Shown here: piece after piece, positions 21,644-33,870 of the stretch
How the letters are laid out: the number at the start of each line of letters is the position of its first letter
Numbering within the stretch: position 1 is the first letter of the stretch
Source of the DNA: Convolutriloba macropyga
Lineage: Eukaryota
Direction of reading: 5' to 3'
Length of the DNA: 64,000 bases
NCBI RefSeq assembly: GCF_964194025.1
Contig: NC_134469.1
Location: 43,462,001-43,526,000, forward strand
The notes under the pieces: generated by a model
Database searches by the model: none
Told to the model about the DNA's origin: nothing
Seen by the model: only the letters and a program-made list of their open reading frames with translations
Position numbers and translations under genes: made by a program

Positions 21644-23122
21644 NCAACACATATTTACATCTGTTATCAATTTACTTAAAAACATTCCTATTCCGGATTT
21701 TTCAATTTTGTCCATGTTCTTGTATTTTTAGGGTTTATTCCGAATTTGCCCTAACCATAAGTATCCCTCTTGTGGAGGTTTTGCAAATTTCGTTTTGTCA
21801 TGCACAAAATGTTTTTTGCCCTATGCATTCACATTTAGTCAAAATTATTATTTGAACTAATATTTTAGCGTGAGTTCCCTCCCCCTATATTCGTCGCGTG
21901 TGTTTAGTGCCGGCTTCAGCTTGCTGATATATATAGCTTCGATGATCATTAGTTTTTCAACTGACCGACAGGCGTCCAGAATTCTCCATTCAATGTCATT
22001 CGTGGCGCCACGACATTCAACTAGATGTTGACCCACCTGTGAATCCTTCTTTTGATGTTCTGTTATCCTTGTGGTAACATGCCGGCTTGTTTGCCCAACA
22101 TAGATGGATCCGCATCCATTACATTTAATTTCATATACCACGTGGGATTTCAGATCTCTATCAAAGGATGATTTCAGGGTGGGGAGGCACGATCTTAATT
22201 TTCGCGTTGTAAAAACTACTTGCAATTCGCATAGTTTCTTCAATTTGCTTGCGAAGTTTTGAGTGAGGTTGCCTCTGTATTGTAGAAAAATAGTTGGCTT
22301 ATCATTAGATTTAGTCTTGCTTTTTTGATGATCTTTTGGTGTTGTTCTTAATTGGTCTTTACCGCCACTTATTATTTTTTCTAGAGTCTGATTCACAATT
22401 TTTGAAGACCATTCCTCTGGATATTGATTTTTGGTCCAGCAAGATTTGTTCTTTTCAAGAGCCTGATCGAAGGCCAACCAATTAGAGGTTGCATTAAAAA
22501 CCCTGTGAACCGTCCCTTGAATCACATTTTTCTTATGTTGAAGCGTGCACAGCTGCGAAAATTCAGTATTATTCCAGTGTCAGTTGGTTTTTGATACCAA
22601 TGACAGGTGATATTATTTTTGCTGCTCACATTTACGTTAATGTCAAGAAAAGCCAAACCCCCATCCATGTTCATCTTTAGCCACTTCGATTTTTTGAAAC
22701 TGATCTGAGTTCAGTACCTCATCAAGTTTTTCCCTGTACGTTGACTTCTTCATCACACAGAAACCGCAACCTTTGTCAAATGGTACCAACAGCAAATCAT
22801 TGGCTTTTAGGTAATCATGCACTTTTTTGACCCCTCTATCCAATGGGGTTTCACGTACATTTTTTGCATACCATTTTGCGGACGCCTCAATTTCACAAAG
22901 TTTCTCACCCTCAGTGTTATTCTCGCGTAACTCACGTACAAGTTTGTCTACATCTGCGAGAAAGTGCACCTCATTAAACTTGTCTCTCACTGGGTGTTTA
23001 GGTCCCAACGATAGGATGTCAAGTACAAACTTTGGAAGTTCCGGGCCATCCATTATCACAACATTACTGTGGGAGCCATTCCGCAGTGGTCTATCCTGTC
23101 TCTCTGACAGTTTATCAAGTTT
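21644..23122 (-). mobile_element. Penelope-like retroelement fragment: N-terminal region, RT thumb and GIY-YIG endonuclease; RT core deleted
   Basis: LSLGPK and PFDKGCGFCVM (N-terminal PLE motifs); LAFLD and WYQKPTDTG (thumb); VVYEIKCNGCGSIYVGQTSR...RITEH...EAIYI...LN (GIY-YIG with CxxC). Confidence 0.9.
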
Positions 23123-24611
23123 TCAAGAGACTAAGGAAGTTTCCGTCGGAATGGAAAATTGGCATCGTATCACCCATATTCAAAGACAATGATAGAGAAG
23201 AAGTATCCAACTACCGTCCTGTGACACTACTGAACATAGTCTCAAAACTATTCGAGAAGTTCATGTTTCGAGCACTGATGAAAGCCTTCGGAGCAGAAAT
23301 AAGTAACTACCAATACGGATTCCGAACGAAACGTTCTGTTGTTCTTCAATTACTCTACAGCTTGACCCAAATTTACAAAATGGTTGGATCTGCACATTCC
23401 TTGAACTTTCTTGTCCTACTTGATTTTTCGAAAGCCTTCGATAAGATCAAACACAGCCAGCTCCTACGGAAATTACTACAACTTGATTTGTCTGAGGGAG
23501 TATTTGAATTAGTACGTGACTACTTAAGCGGTAGAACCCAAAAAGTTAAAATCAACAATGTTAAAAGCGAACCCCTCGTGATCTCAGCAGGCGTCCCCCA
23601 AGGATCTGTCCTTGGCCCGCTCCTATTCTTGATATACATAAATGACCTTCCCAATGTTGTATTTTCTTCAGTTGCCCTGCTCTTTGCAGATGATCTCAAG
23701 GTGATATTCAACGGAGATGACACCTCAGTACAGAAGCTACAGGAGGACATAAATAACTTACATTATTGGAGTGTTCAAAATCATCTGTTGTTCAATAGTA
23801 AGAAATGCTCTGTAACCGAATTCAAAGTTGGAAATCGACCAAAGACTCTGAACCAGATGCAGTTCATGCTTGGTAATAACCCGATTGAAAGTAAGGACCT
23901 CGTTAAAGATGTTGGTCTGGTTGTAAATCGGCATCTAAACTGGGGAGACCATGCTAAACACCGAGTCGGCAAAGCAATGAAGTCACTGTTCCTTCTGCGA
24001 CGAAACACTTCTATGGCTTTACCACAGGAATCAAAAGTACACTTGTACAGAGCGATTATTTCACCAATCCTGCTCTTCTCATCGGAATGCTGGGAACTTA
24101 GGAAATCTGAATACCAGATCATGGAATCCTTCCATAAGAAAGCAATGAGATGGATCTGCGGGAGTATTGACTACAAGGACGCTATTTTAAAATCGAATCT
24201 ACTACCACCACTTTATTTTAAAGTATTGAAAGATCTGTTGATGTTGAGTAGCCTTCTGAGCGGCAAGTATGATGTGGAATTCTCAGAAATCCGAGTTGTT
24301 GGAGAGGACAGAAGGAAAAGAGTGGCACTCCCAGAGGTCAAATATGAGGTTCAGAGACTGAACTTCTGGTACAGAACGGGGTTTCGAGTGAACGTCATCC
24401 AGAAAGTGATGGACTTCTTCTGTGAGCAGCAACTGAAGAGGAAACTCATTGAATACATGTGGAGCTATTTGGAAAGAAACTGGAATGAGCAGAATCCTTG
24501 CACATGGACATTCATTTGTATCTGTGAAAACTGTCGCACATCCTAGAACCTAACAGCGGAAATAACATTCCAGTGGCATATCCACGAAGTCATAATAATA
24601 ATAATAATAAT

Positions 24612-24654
<43 letters not shown>
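23121..24654 (+). mobile_element. 5'-truncated LINE with an uninterrupted RT ORF (to 24546) and (TAA)n(TA)n tail
   Basis: NYRPVTLL, QYGFR, DFSKAFD, GVPQGSVLGP, FADD; terminal CTWTFICICENCR; microsatellite tail 24592-24653. Confidence 0.95.
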
Positions 24655-24655
<1 letters not shown>

Positions 24656-26515
24656 GCCGCCTATAGTCACTGTTTCCTATGTTTCGGTAATCCTTAAGTA
24701 TCGTCGGAGGAACGGGCGCTTCATTCGGACTCAGATGCGCTTCAATTGTTTGGAAAAGCAGTACTGGTACTGCTAATCAATTGAATTCAAAACTTAGCGC
24801 GTTGTACTTGGATGTTGGCAATGAGGCAAATGACTATAAAAGTTTGGAAAAGAATCAAAACAAATCCGAAGTTGTGAGTAAGAATTTACGCTGTCTTTTT
24901 TGCCAAATGTGATTTGTTTTCTTGAGAGAATCCACTTAAGCTCAATGAAGCAAAATAACCAATAAGCAAAATTGAGCACAAAAAAAAGTTATAGCAAAGG
25001 ATGACCCAGTCGTAGGAGCCCCGATTCGGAAGAACATAAAATGTTCTGTCTTTGGAAAAATGTAAACTTGGGAGAAAAGTTCCAAAGTTCTTGACAAATT
25101 TGATGCTCAATATGGCATTTGTCACATCCAAAAATAACTCAGCATGCCGAAACTGCTCTACGTCTTTATAACAAGCTCTTGTTTTATGGAACAAGATTTT
25201 TGGAACAAAAATGATGCAATTTTGAAATCCGGAATGAGTAGGGTGACAAATCAAAATCGGGATCTACATCCTGTCAAGCAGTCAGCATCCCTTTGATTAA
25301 GCAAAGAACCAAGTCACCTCTACAGAACAGACAGTCAGAGAACCTATCGGCTTACATTCGACTTTGTAAGACTCGTAAACAGCTCTTTTGGTATGTTAGT
25401 AGTAGACTCGCTTGCCTCTGCTCGACTGGAGAGTGGATCGGTTGCAAACCCGGAGCGCAGCAGCCGCAGAGGCCAAAAAACTAAAAGCAACAAAGTATAG
25501 AGAACTCACAGGCTCTTTAGTAATAATAGTAGTAGTAGACACCGATTTAGGGTTGACCCACCTGTTTTGGAACCATCAGTTCAGTTAATACGTATCAGTT
25601 TTGTTACAGCCTATAGCTTCTGAGGTGCAAGGAGCTGCCGGGCCCTCACTGAAGCTTTTCTGAGAGATCTTTGTAAACTGTTGGGCGATGTGTACAACTA
25701 TCGAAGAGCAGGCGCTTCTAAACAGGGGATCTTTTGGCTATCCAGGTTGCAATCAAGGTGTGTGTGTTGGGAGCCGTAAAGGGTGAAACACTTTTGCGAG
25801 TTTCTCTATTTGTAGCTTTTTATTTTTCTCTTCTAAGTAGACCGTTGCAGCAGCACGGTTAGGAAACCAGTCTTTTTTTATTATGTTGGTTGCTTTTTTA
25901 CTGACTTTTTATGACTATCAGGCCGGGAGATTTCTGCTAAAATCCTTACTGAGCTAGAACGTAAATTATCAACCCGCTTTTGATTCCTCTGAATCTTTAT
26001 TGAAAAATTGTTTAAGTAGCTGTCTTACTCGTTCAATTCATTACTCGTGTCTAATTTAATATTTAATTTCTAACTTAATGTCGGAATTTTTCGAAAACTG
26101 AACTGAAGTGTTTAAGTCAGTTGTTTCACCTTTTTTGAGTGAGGTCGGACCTTTGGTTTGTTTCGGGAGTATTCTGACAATGTTTTTAAAATTATGTACT
26201 GACCTCGTTGCAAATGTGTTATAAAGCCCGTTGTTATTGTTAAATTTGCTTTTGCAGTTTTGTGAATCAAGAGATAAATAACTTTTAGTAGCTGCGACCG
26301 CAACGGATCTTCGTTAAGTACTACTACTCGAAAGTACTACCCGTCAACATTGCCGAGGAGAACTACCCATACGCAGAAATCGACTAGTCAGGACTGGCGA
26401 AAAAATCTTCCACCGAAATTCTGTACTGCCTAGTGCTCAAAGTGTATTCAAATTATGGAAAATGTTTCCAAAAATGCCGTCTCTTATTTTTTTTTGCGTT
26501 ATTTCTAATTGCTAC

Positions 26516-26645
26516 ACAGGAGAACAAATGTACTTGGCGCATTATATGCAAATGTGGAAATTGCAACGGCAATCAGAAACTAACAACTGAATGGGTGCTA
26601 AACCCTGAAGAACGAACTTCAAATCCTATTCTACTACTGCTAATT
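26516..26645 (+). mobile_element. Very short LINE 3'-end fragment
   Basis: Encodes ENKCTWRIICKCGNC, followed by a short UTR and CTACTACT tail. Confidence 0.6.
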
Positions 26646-26819
26646 GATGATTTCTAGGTATGAAGACGGAAATTCAAGCAGTGGGGAATGTAGCATTGCC
26701 ATTTGTCAAGATATTGTAACCAAGCACCTTCTGTAGTTTTTATGGTTTTTTTCAGAGTTATGTAACGTCATTGGCTGTGGCATCTTTGAAGGGTTATTCT
26801 CAACTCTGATCGCATCGCG

Positions 26820-26918
26820 ATGGTATCCAGAAGTGCTAAAAAAAGACTCAGGGTTGTGCTAATGGGTTTTGGCTTTCTCTGCTTATTTATAGCCTTCACA
26901 ACAGCGTCAGGAGTAGAG
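26820..26918 (+). CDS. MFSD11: UNC93-like MFS transporter, coding exon 1 (MVSRSAKKRLRVVLMGFGFLCLFIAFTTASGVE)
   Basis: Resembles the MFSD11 N-terminus (IIILGVAFMFMFTAFQT). Donor GAG|GTTAGG, phase 0. Upstream acceptor TTTTTCAG at ~26755. Confidence 0.75.
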
Positions 26919-27127
26919 GTTAGGTTGAAGAGGTAGATAATAGGAGATTGTTGTAGAGGTGAGAACCAAAATAGACAAGAATATATTTTTTCTCTTTGTT
27001 ACTCGAAATTATTAAATGAATTGACTCGAAATCGCTCTACGTGGGATGTATTCGTTTTTGTGATTATCCGCGGCATTGGAAGTTTATGCTTGGAAAAAAT
27101 AGTTTAATTTCATTTGTTGAGTGGAAT

Positions 27128-27299
27128 ACCGGTTGGATCTTTTCCGTTTGTGCCCCCCCCCCCCCCCGTACGTTATGCTCCCTCCAGTTACAAAGCACGT
27201 GCCATTACATGGTAAATTATAGCACGTGCGTCTGGGGGTTGCAAATAGTATGCACCCACTAAGCTGGGGGGGGGCACAAACGGAAAAGATCCGACCGGT
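27128..27299. mobile_element. MITE (172 bp) with ~33-bp terminal inverted repeats
   Basis: ACCGGTTGGATCTTTTCCGTTTGTGCCCCCCCC ... GGGGGGGGCACAAACGGAAAAGATCCGACCGGT; TA-like flanks. Confidence 0.88.
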
Positions 27300-29139
27300 T
27301 ACTGCACCACTCAACTTTTGGCAATTTTTTTCTCCGATACTGGTCAATTACTTGCACTTGTGTTTTGTAATTGCTGCGCTTCTGCAACACTTTGGTACAA
27401 AACTTACTGATTTTTAATTTTGCGTGGCTGCAGTCATATGTTTCTTCTTTTGTTAGCTAGTACAGTAAATCATCCCAACCCAAATAGTTCTACTAAATCT
27501 GAGAGGCAAACAGATCATGGAAAGTCTGATTACAACATCGCAAAAAAGTCTGATTGCAAGGGGTCAAAGAAGACCTTAGCAAGTCAAAGGGAAAAAATCT
27601 TGTCCCAACTGCCGATGAAGTAAACGTGATAATGAGTGAAGATGGGGTAAATGCGACCGTCAAAGAGTTCAAGAGATTAGGAAAATTCAAAAACGATAGT
27701 ACAAGACCAAGAACCCTCGAGGTAACTTTACAATCTGAACATGAAGTACGCATGGTGCTTGCTAGAGCTAGAGAGAAGAGAGAAAGCCTCTCCCAAAGAG
27801 ACGTATTCCTCCTGCCAGCTCTTACAAAAGACAATGTCCTGAGAGAAAAGTTAGTCCTTCAAAATCGTAGACAACTACTAAATGAAGGAGTGCCTAGAGA
27901 AAAATCAAAATTAGAAATCTTGAACTGTTCAAGGATGGAGTCAAGGTACCCATTGGCATGCCAGAGGACATCCCTGGCATAATCAAGGGATTTTGACGAG
28001 GATTCATCAGCATACTACAGTTTATTACTCGAAGACTAGTGAACTTTGAGAGGAGAACCAAGCTAGCAAATGCGATTCTGTCGGAAAGTTTTTTTTAATA
28101 TCTGTCTCTGTGAAACATGGTTAAATGAAAATATGTCATCTTCTGAGCTGCTTTTGTAAGACTATGAAATCTACCGAGCAGATAGGCCTCTGGTTGCAAA
28201 TAAAAACACTCATGGGGGGCTTTCTGATAGCAGTTAAAAATTGCCTACAAGCCGATAAGTATTCAAAAGACCTTCTTGACTCCTGCGTTGCAGTAACGTT
28301 GAAAATTGTTAACAGCGAAATCATGGTTTGCGCTTTTTTTAACCCTGCGGCGAACAGTACCTACAGATATATCGGACACTTTTAGCAATCTTTTAAAGTT
28401 ATTCCCTATAAACACTCTTTTCATAAGGGGTGACTTGAATTTCCCTCAGGCTAATTGGAAAACCCTTATTAGCACTGACAATGAAGAACAAGAGGTACTA
28501 AATCTGATAAAAAGTAACCTCCTAATGAAAGCCATAGATTTTTCGACGTGGTCGAAAAAACGTACTCGATGTTGCACTGTATAAAAACTGTCACGTTCAT
28601 GCAGAAAAAGTTGCTGTTGAGGAACTTCTGATCATAACTCCAATTAGACTGACAATTGAGGTTCCTTATACTGAAAATAAACCACCTTTTGAGATTTTTA
28701 GAAGCTTCGGAAACGCAAATTTTGATGAAACGTGCGAAATGATGAGAACCAAACCTTAAATCCTGTATGCCATACAAATATTAATTAAATGAGTGAAGAA
28801 CTATACGAGTGTTTTGAAGACCTAATAGACCTTAATATTCCTCGTAGAACACGACATCGTCAGAGTGTCCCACCGTGGATAACGGCTAGCACTTCTAATC
28901 TTACGAAAAGACTACAAACCCAACAGCAACTACTTAGTACAAAGCCCACGAGCTATCGCAAAAGACATGTAGAGACTTTAAGAGTTGTCATGAGCTGACA
29001 CTGCGGTGACAGATAGACTTCTTTATCAAGAAGATCTTATGCGTACTAGAGATACACAAATAAGCACTCGAAATGCTTTAACAAATCATGCAGTCTCCCA
29101 AAACTACTTGTGTTTAAATCCTAAACGAGCATAATTGTC

Positions 29140-29305
29140 TATGACAAGGTCAATATGCTGAATGAGTTCTTCCAATCTGTCTTTTCACCCAAAGTTTGAC
29201 AAGGTCAATATGCTGAATGCGTTCTTCCAATCTGTCTTTTCACCCAAAACTTGACAAGGTCAATACGCTGAATGAGTTCTTCCTATCTGTCTTTTCACCC
29301 AAAAT
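29140..29305. repeat. Triplicated ~55-bp segment in the LINE
   Basis: TGACAAGGTCAATAYGCTGAATG.GTTCTTCC.ATCTGTCTTTTCACCCAAA three times. Confidence 0.92.
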
Positions 29306-29509
29306 TTTTTTCGAAATCAAAGAAGTTGAACCTGGAAACCCAGATTTAACAAATATTAGTGTATCGAAAAAATCTCTGCGAAATATTCTTTTGAGCATAG
29401 ATCCCAAAAAAAGCTCGGTCCTGACGGCTTACCACCAGTGTTCTACCAAAAAACTTGTAACGAAATAGTCAACTGCCTGATCAAAATTTATAAAAACGTA
29501 AGGCGTCTC

Positions 29510-31690
29510 TGAAAATTATCTATAGTTGGAAAATTGCAGCAGTTTACGCGATTTTCAAGAAAGGTGACAGATCAGTTGAGAATTACAGACCAGTTTCTCT
29601 GTTGTAAAAAAACATAATAAGTAAAATCTTCAAAAAATGTGTATACTATGACCTCTATGAGAATTTTGTCAAATACGTAACGAAGTATCAACACGGTCTC
29701 GTAAAGAGATCTGTTCTGACGAATATGCTTGCCTTCCTGCAGAGAATATTTGAAAGCCTTTGATACAAATACAAAGGATTGAATAATTGCGTTTTACACA
29801 GATTTCTCGAAAGTGTTTGATAAGGTACCTCACCGTGAACTACTAAAGAAAATGGCCAAAATGGGAGTTGGCGGCTGTCTACTTAGAGTTTTAGATGACT
29901 ACCTGAAAAACAGAAAACAGTTTGTAAGAGCGGACAATTTTAGCTCAAAAACTCTAGATGTAACTAGTGGAGTGCCGCAGGGCTCCTTGCTGGGCCCTCT
30001 GCTGTTCTGTATTTTTATTAATGACCTCCCTGACGTGCTATGATTCAGCTATCTCTACGTTTTCGCGGATGATTTGAAACTGCTAAGCATTACCAGAGGG
30101 CATGATCAAATACAAGCTGACTTAGATGCATTAAGCAATTGGGTAACTGGAAACAAAATGGGCTTAGCAATGTACAAGTGCACAACGATCTATTTTAGAG
30201 GATCTAAACAGTTTTCCTCCAGAATGAAGTGCTGAACAGAAGTGATGTAGAGAAAGACTTGGAGATTCATATACTTGAAAGACTGTCCTCTGAAAAGAAC
30301 ATTGAGCACCGAGTTAAAAATGCAATAGTGTTCTCTATCTCCTTAAGCGCAATTTTTCCCCGAAATTTGCAACAAATGTGAAACTCGGTTTCTACAAGTA
30401 CGTAATTCTTCCGGTATAGTATACGGCCTTCAATGCCTTGCCCTCACAAAAACAGATTTAACTGTACTCAAGAAATTTCAAAAAGGGTGCGTAAAATGGG
30501 TAGCTGGAGTCCAAGCCAGCTACGAAATCCAATTAAAAGTAAAATCTTCTACCTCTTCCTATGTATCTGCAACTGAGTGTCATTTTACTGCTAAGAAAGC
30601 TGAAAATTATCTATAGTTGGAAAATTGCAGCAGTTTACCCGATTTTCAAGAAAGGTGACAGATCAGTTGAGAATTACAGACCAGTTTCTCTGTTGTAAAA
30701 AAACATAATAAGTAAAATCTTCAAAAAATGTGTATACTATGACCTCTATGAGAATTTTGTCAAATACTTAACGAAGTATCAACACGGTCTCGTAAAGAGA
30801 TCTGTACTGACGAATATGCTTGCCTTCCTGCAGAGAATATTTGAAAGCCTTGATACAAATACAAAGGATTGAATATTTGCGTGTTACACAGATTTCTCGA
30901 AAGTGTTTGATAAGTTACCTCACCGTGAACTACTAAAGAAAATGGCCAAAATGTGAGTTGGCGGCTGTCTACTTAGAGTTTTAGATGACTACCTGAAAAA
31001 CAGAAAACATTTTGTAAGAGCGGACAATTTTAGCTCAAAAACTCTAGATGTAACTAGTGGAGTGCCGCAGGGCTCCTTGCTGGGCCCTCTGCTGTTCTGT
31101 ATTTTTATTAATGACCTCCCTGACGTGCTATGATTCAGCTATCTCTACGTTTTCGCGGATGATTTGAAACTGCTAAGCATTACCAGAGGGCATGATCAAA
31201 TACAAGCTGACTTAGATGCATTAAGCAATTGGGTAACTGGAAACAAAATGGGCTTAGCAATGTACAAGTGCACAACGATCTATTTTAGAGGATCTAAACA
31301 GTTTTCCTCCAGAATGAAGTGCTGAACAGAAGTGATGTGAAAGACTTGGAGATTCATATACTTGAAAGACTGTCCTCTGAAAAGAACATTGAGCACCGAG
31401 TTAAAAAAGCAATAGTGTTCTCTATCTCCTTAAGCGCAATTTTTCCCCGAAATTTGCAACAAATGTGAAACTCGGTTTCTACAAGTACGTAATTCTTCCG
31501 GTATAGTATACGGCCTTCAATGCCTTGCCCTCACAAAAACAGATTTAACTGTACTCAAGAAATTTCAAAAAAGGGGGGGAAAATGGGTAGCTGGAGTCCA
31601 AGCCAGCTACGAAATCCAATTAAAAGTAAAATCTTCTACCTCTTCCTATGTATCTGCAACTGAGTGTCATTTTACTGCTAAGAAAGCTGA
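29510..31690. repeat. Tandem duplication of 1091 bp of the RT region (29510-30600 / 30601-31690)
   Basis: Near-identical copies with shared stops and CTGA microhomology at the junction. Confidence 0.95.
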
Positions 31691-32111
31691 CATCTGAGGA
31701 ACTAGGGGAACCTAAGCTTCCTGATAGCGAAACAAGAATTGGCAGAGCTCGCGAACTTTTTAAGACATTGAAAACTAGAACGGAAAAATCGAGAAACGAA
31801 TTTGTTTAGCGCGGCCTGTATAGTCAACAGACTCGAAAAGCAAATAGAGTTCACGAAAATGATTGGTCTGAAAAAACGAATATTGAAGATCTTGTGGAAA
31901 TTTGTCAATGAAAAGATTTAAGAAACAAATATCTGCAGCTGGCAAATCGTCTGTGATTGTAAAAAGTGCAGGAACACGAGGACGATATTTTAACGAACAC
32001 GGAAAGGGAGAGATACCCGTCAATCACCAGACTGAGAATCCGCATCATCAATATACGTTTCAAAATAAAGACTTAATAATAATATTACTAATAATTATAA
32101 GAATTTAAGAA

Positions 32112-32165
<54 letters not shown>

Positions 32166-33359
32166 TATAAGAATATTAATTTCATGTTATTGTTAATGTT
32201 AAGCTGTTTCTTATAGCTTTGCTCTTCGTTTAAAGTTCTTTATCCGGGGCGTTCAATTTTTTTCAAATGTCTTTCTTATATGGGACACTGAGCTTTCGAG
32301 CAGTAGGTGCTAGCGTATCTGCTGTCTTCCCAACCCCCTTGTTTGACCTACATTATATTGTATCAGATGAATTTTCAATCCCCCGGAAACTTAATGCGAT
32401 GGACTCTGACAGACGAAAGTTTAGGTTGATAACTATTCTGCTGTAAAAAATATTAACCAGCCAAAAAAAATAAAATTCCATTTACGATGCGCCCGCGGGC
32501 GCGCAGACGTAACTTTTGCCCTTTTGCGCTGAAGGAATCAATTTTAACTCCGATAAGATTGGCCTTACCTTCTCTTGTAATTATATTTTGATTTTGTTAA
32601 GCTCCTTTATGACTCTAGGGCTGCTTCACATAAGACTCAAAAGGCTTTCTGCTTGTCCTTTCTTGAGTATATCGTTGACGCTGTCCTGACCTTTTCTCAG
32701 TGTGTTTTTATTTCACTAAAGATAATATTTTTTAATAATAATTATTAGACATTTAAAAATTTACCGACATTGGACTGAAGAGTAACATTTGGTGAAGCAT
32801 TTATTGGCAATTTTGAGTCAGTGCTCACAAATTTTCACTGAAACGGTAGTCGCTCAGCTCTGGTGCGGCAAATAACTCTTATATATGTGTTTAATTTCCG
32901 ACGGCAGACAAACATCAGTGAGCATCATGTACAAAGTAGTGACAAGATAAAAAATAGTGACAAGGTGATTTCAACTCGAGATTTGAATACAAATAGTGAT
33001 TTTAAATCGAAGTGTGAGGAGAATTGAGATTTTAAATCCAAGTTTGAAGAGAATTTATAAGGTTATTGAGTCAACCACTGCATATATCTTTTAAAGATGC
33101 CCTTATTTTTTAACCTTAATTTTGGTTTGACCTTATATCAAGCAGCATAAGTTTTATTGTTAAATTGAGAGCATTGACCGAAATTAGAAGTTTACCAGGG
33201 GAGTGGAGGCGAAAGAGTTGCATTTGTAGAGAATTGTGAAAGAATTGTTGACATGTTTTGATTTTTCGTCTGTCGCAATCTTCTGCCTGTTTTAAGCTAT
33301 GAACGTTGCTGGAAAGGTTACTTTTTACCGCTCGAGAGAATTTGTAGAGTAGACTGATA

Positions 33360-33580
33360 AATTGCTCTCAAACGAAGTTTGTAACAATGATATTAGTTTT
33401 GTGGTCTTTTTTATGCGATTTTGACTGATTTTTGTCTGGCTCTTTTGACTTTTCGTCCTGAAAAATGGGATAGCAGGCAACGTTAGGAGGGCATTACCAC
33501 ACTAACATACTTCACTGTCAGTTGGAGGGCTTACTTCACTCTCAGTTGTTTGAGAGCAATGCGCCCGACGTTAGTTGGTT
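33360..33580 (+). mobile_element. HINE-like element, family A (short copy)
   Basis: AATTGCTCTCAAACGA ... TTGTTTGAGAGCAAT followed by hairpin CCGAC-GTTA-GTTGG. Confidence 0.65.
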
Positions 33581-33870
33581 GTTATGCTTCTTTAAATTTT
33601 TGATGAATGGAAAATAAGTCATCCAAATTATCCAAAATAACACAAGTTGAACGTAAACCAAAAACCTAAAGCAGCTCTTAGGACTTGGTTCTGTTATAGA
33701 ATCTAAGGGTTCTGAAAATTTAGTTTAAGAACGTTGTGCATGTGGTCAAATTTGTATCTGTTCTTTAAATTAGTTTCTTTTTTTTAAAAAATTTTTTAGT
33801 GTTTCTGAAATAATCAATTTTATAACCGTACGATGTACAGAGGAGAAATTTTTGGAGGAAATTTCCACTT

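Larger units (their letters stand above)
27460..32165 (+). mobile_element. Decayed CR1/L2-group LINE (ORF1 C-terminus, endonuclease, RT) with internal duplications and (TAA)n(TA)n tail, inside MFSD11 intron 1
   Basis: FKRLGK...RPRTLEVTL (ORF1); CETWLN, HGG and GDLNFP (endonuclease); [10 protein letters not shown] and FADD; CSWQIVCDCKKC; many stops. Confidence 0.92.

Noticed and set aside
3240-21731. Track ORFs containing X runs (around 3240-3623, 12653-13055 and 21371-21731)
   Set aside because: Artefacts of N gaps.
21644-21860. Hammerhead ribozyme in the Penelope terminal repeat
   Set aside because: No CUGANGA...GAAA core with stems was seen; the region runs into a gap.
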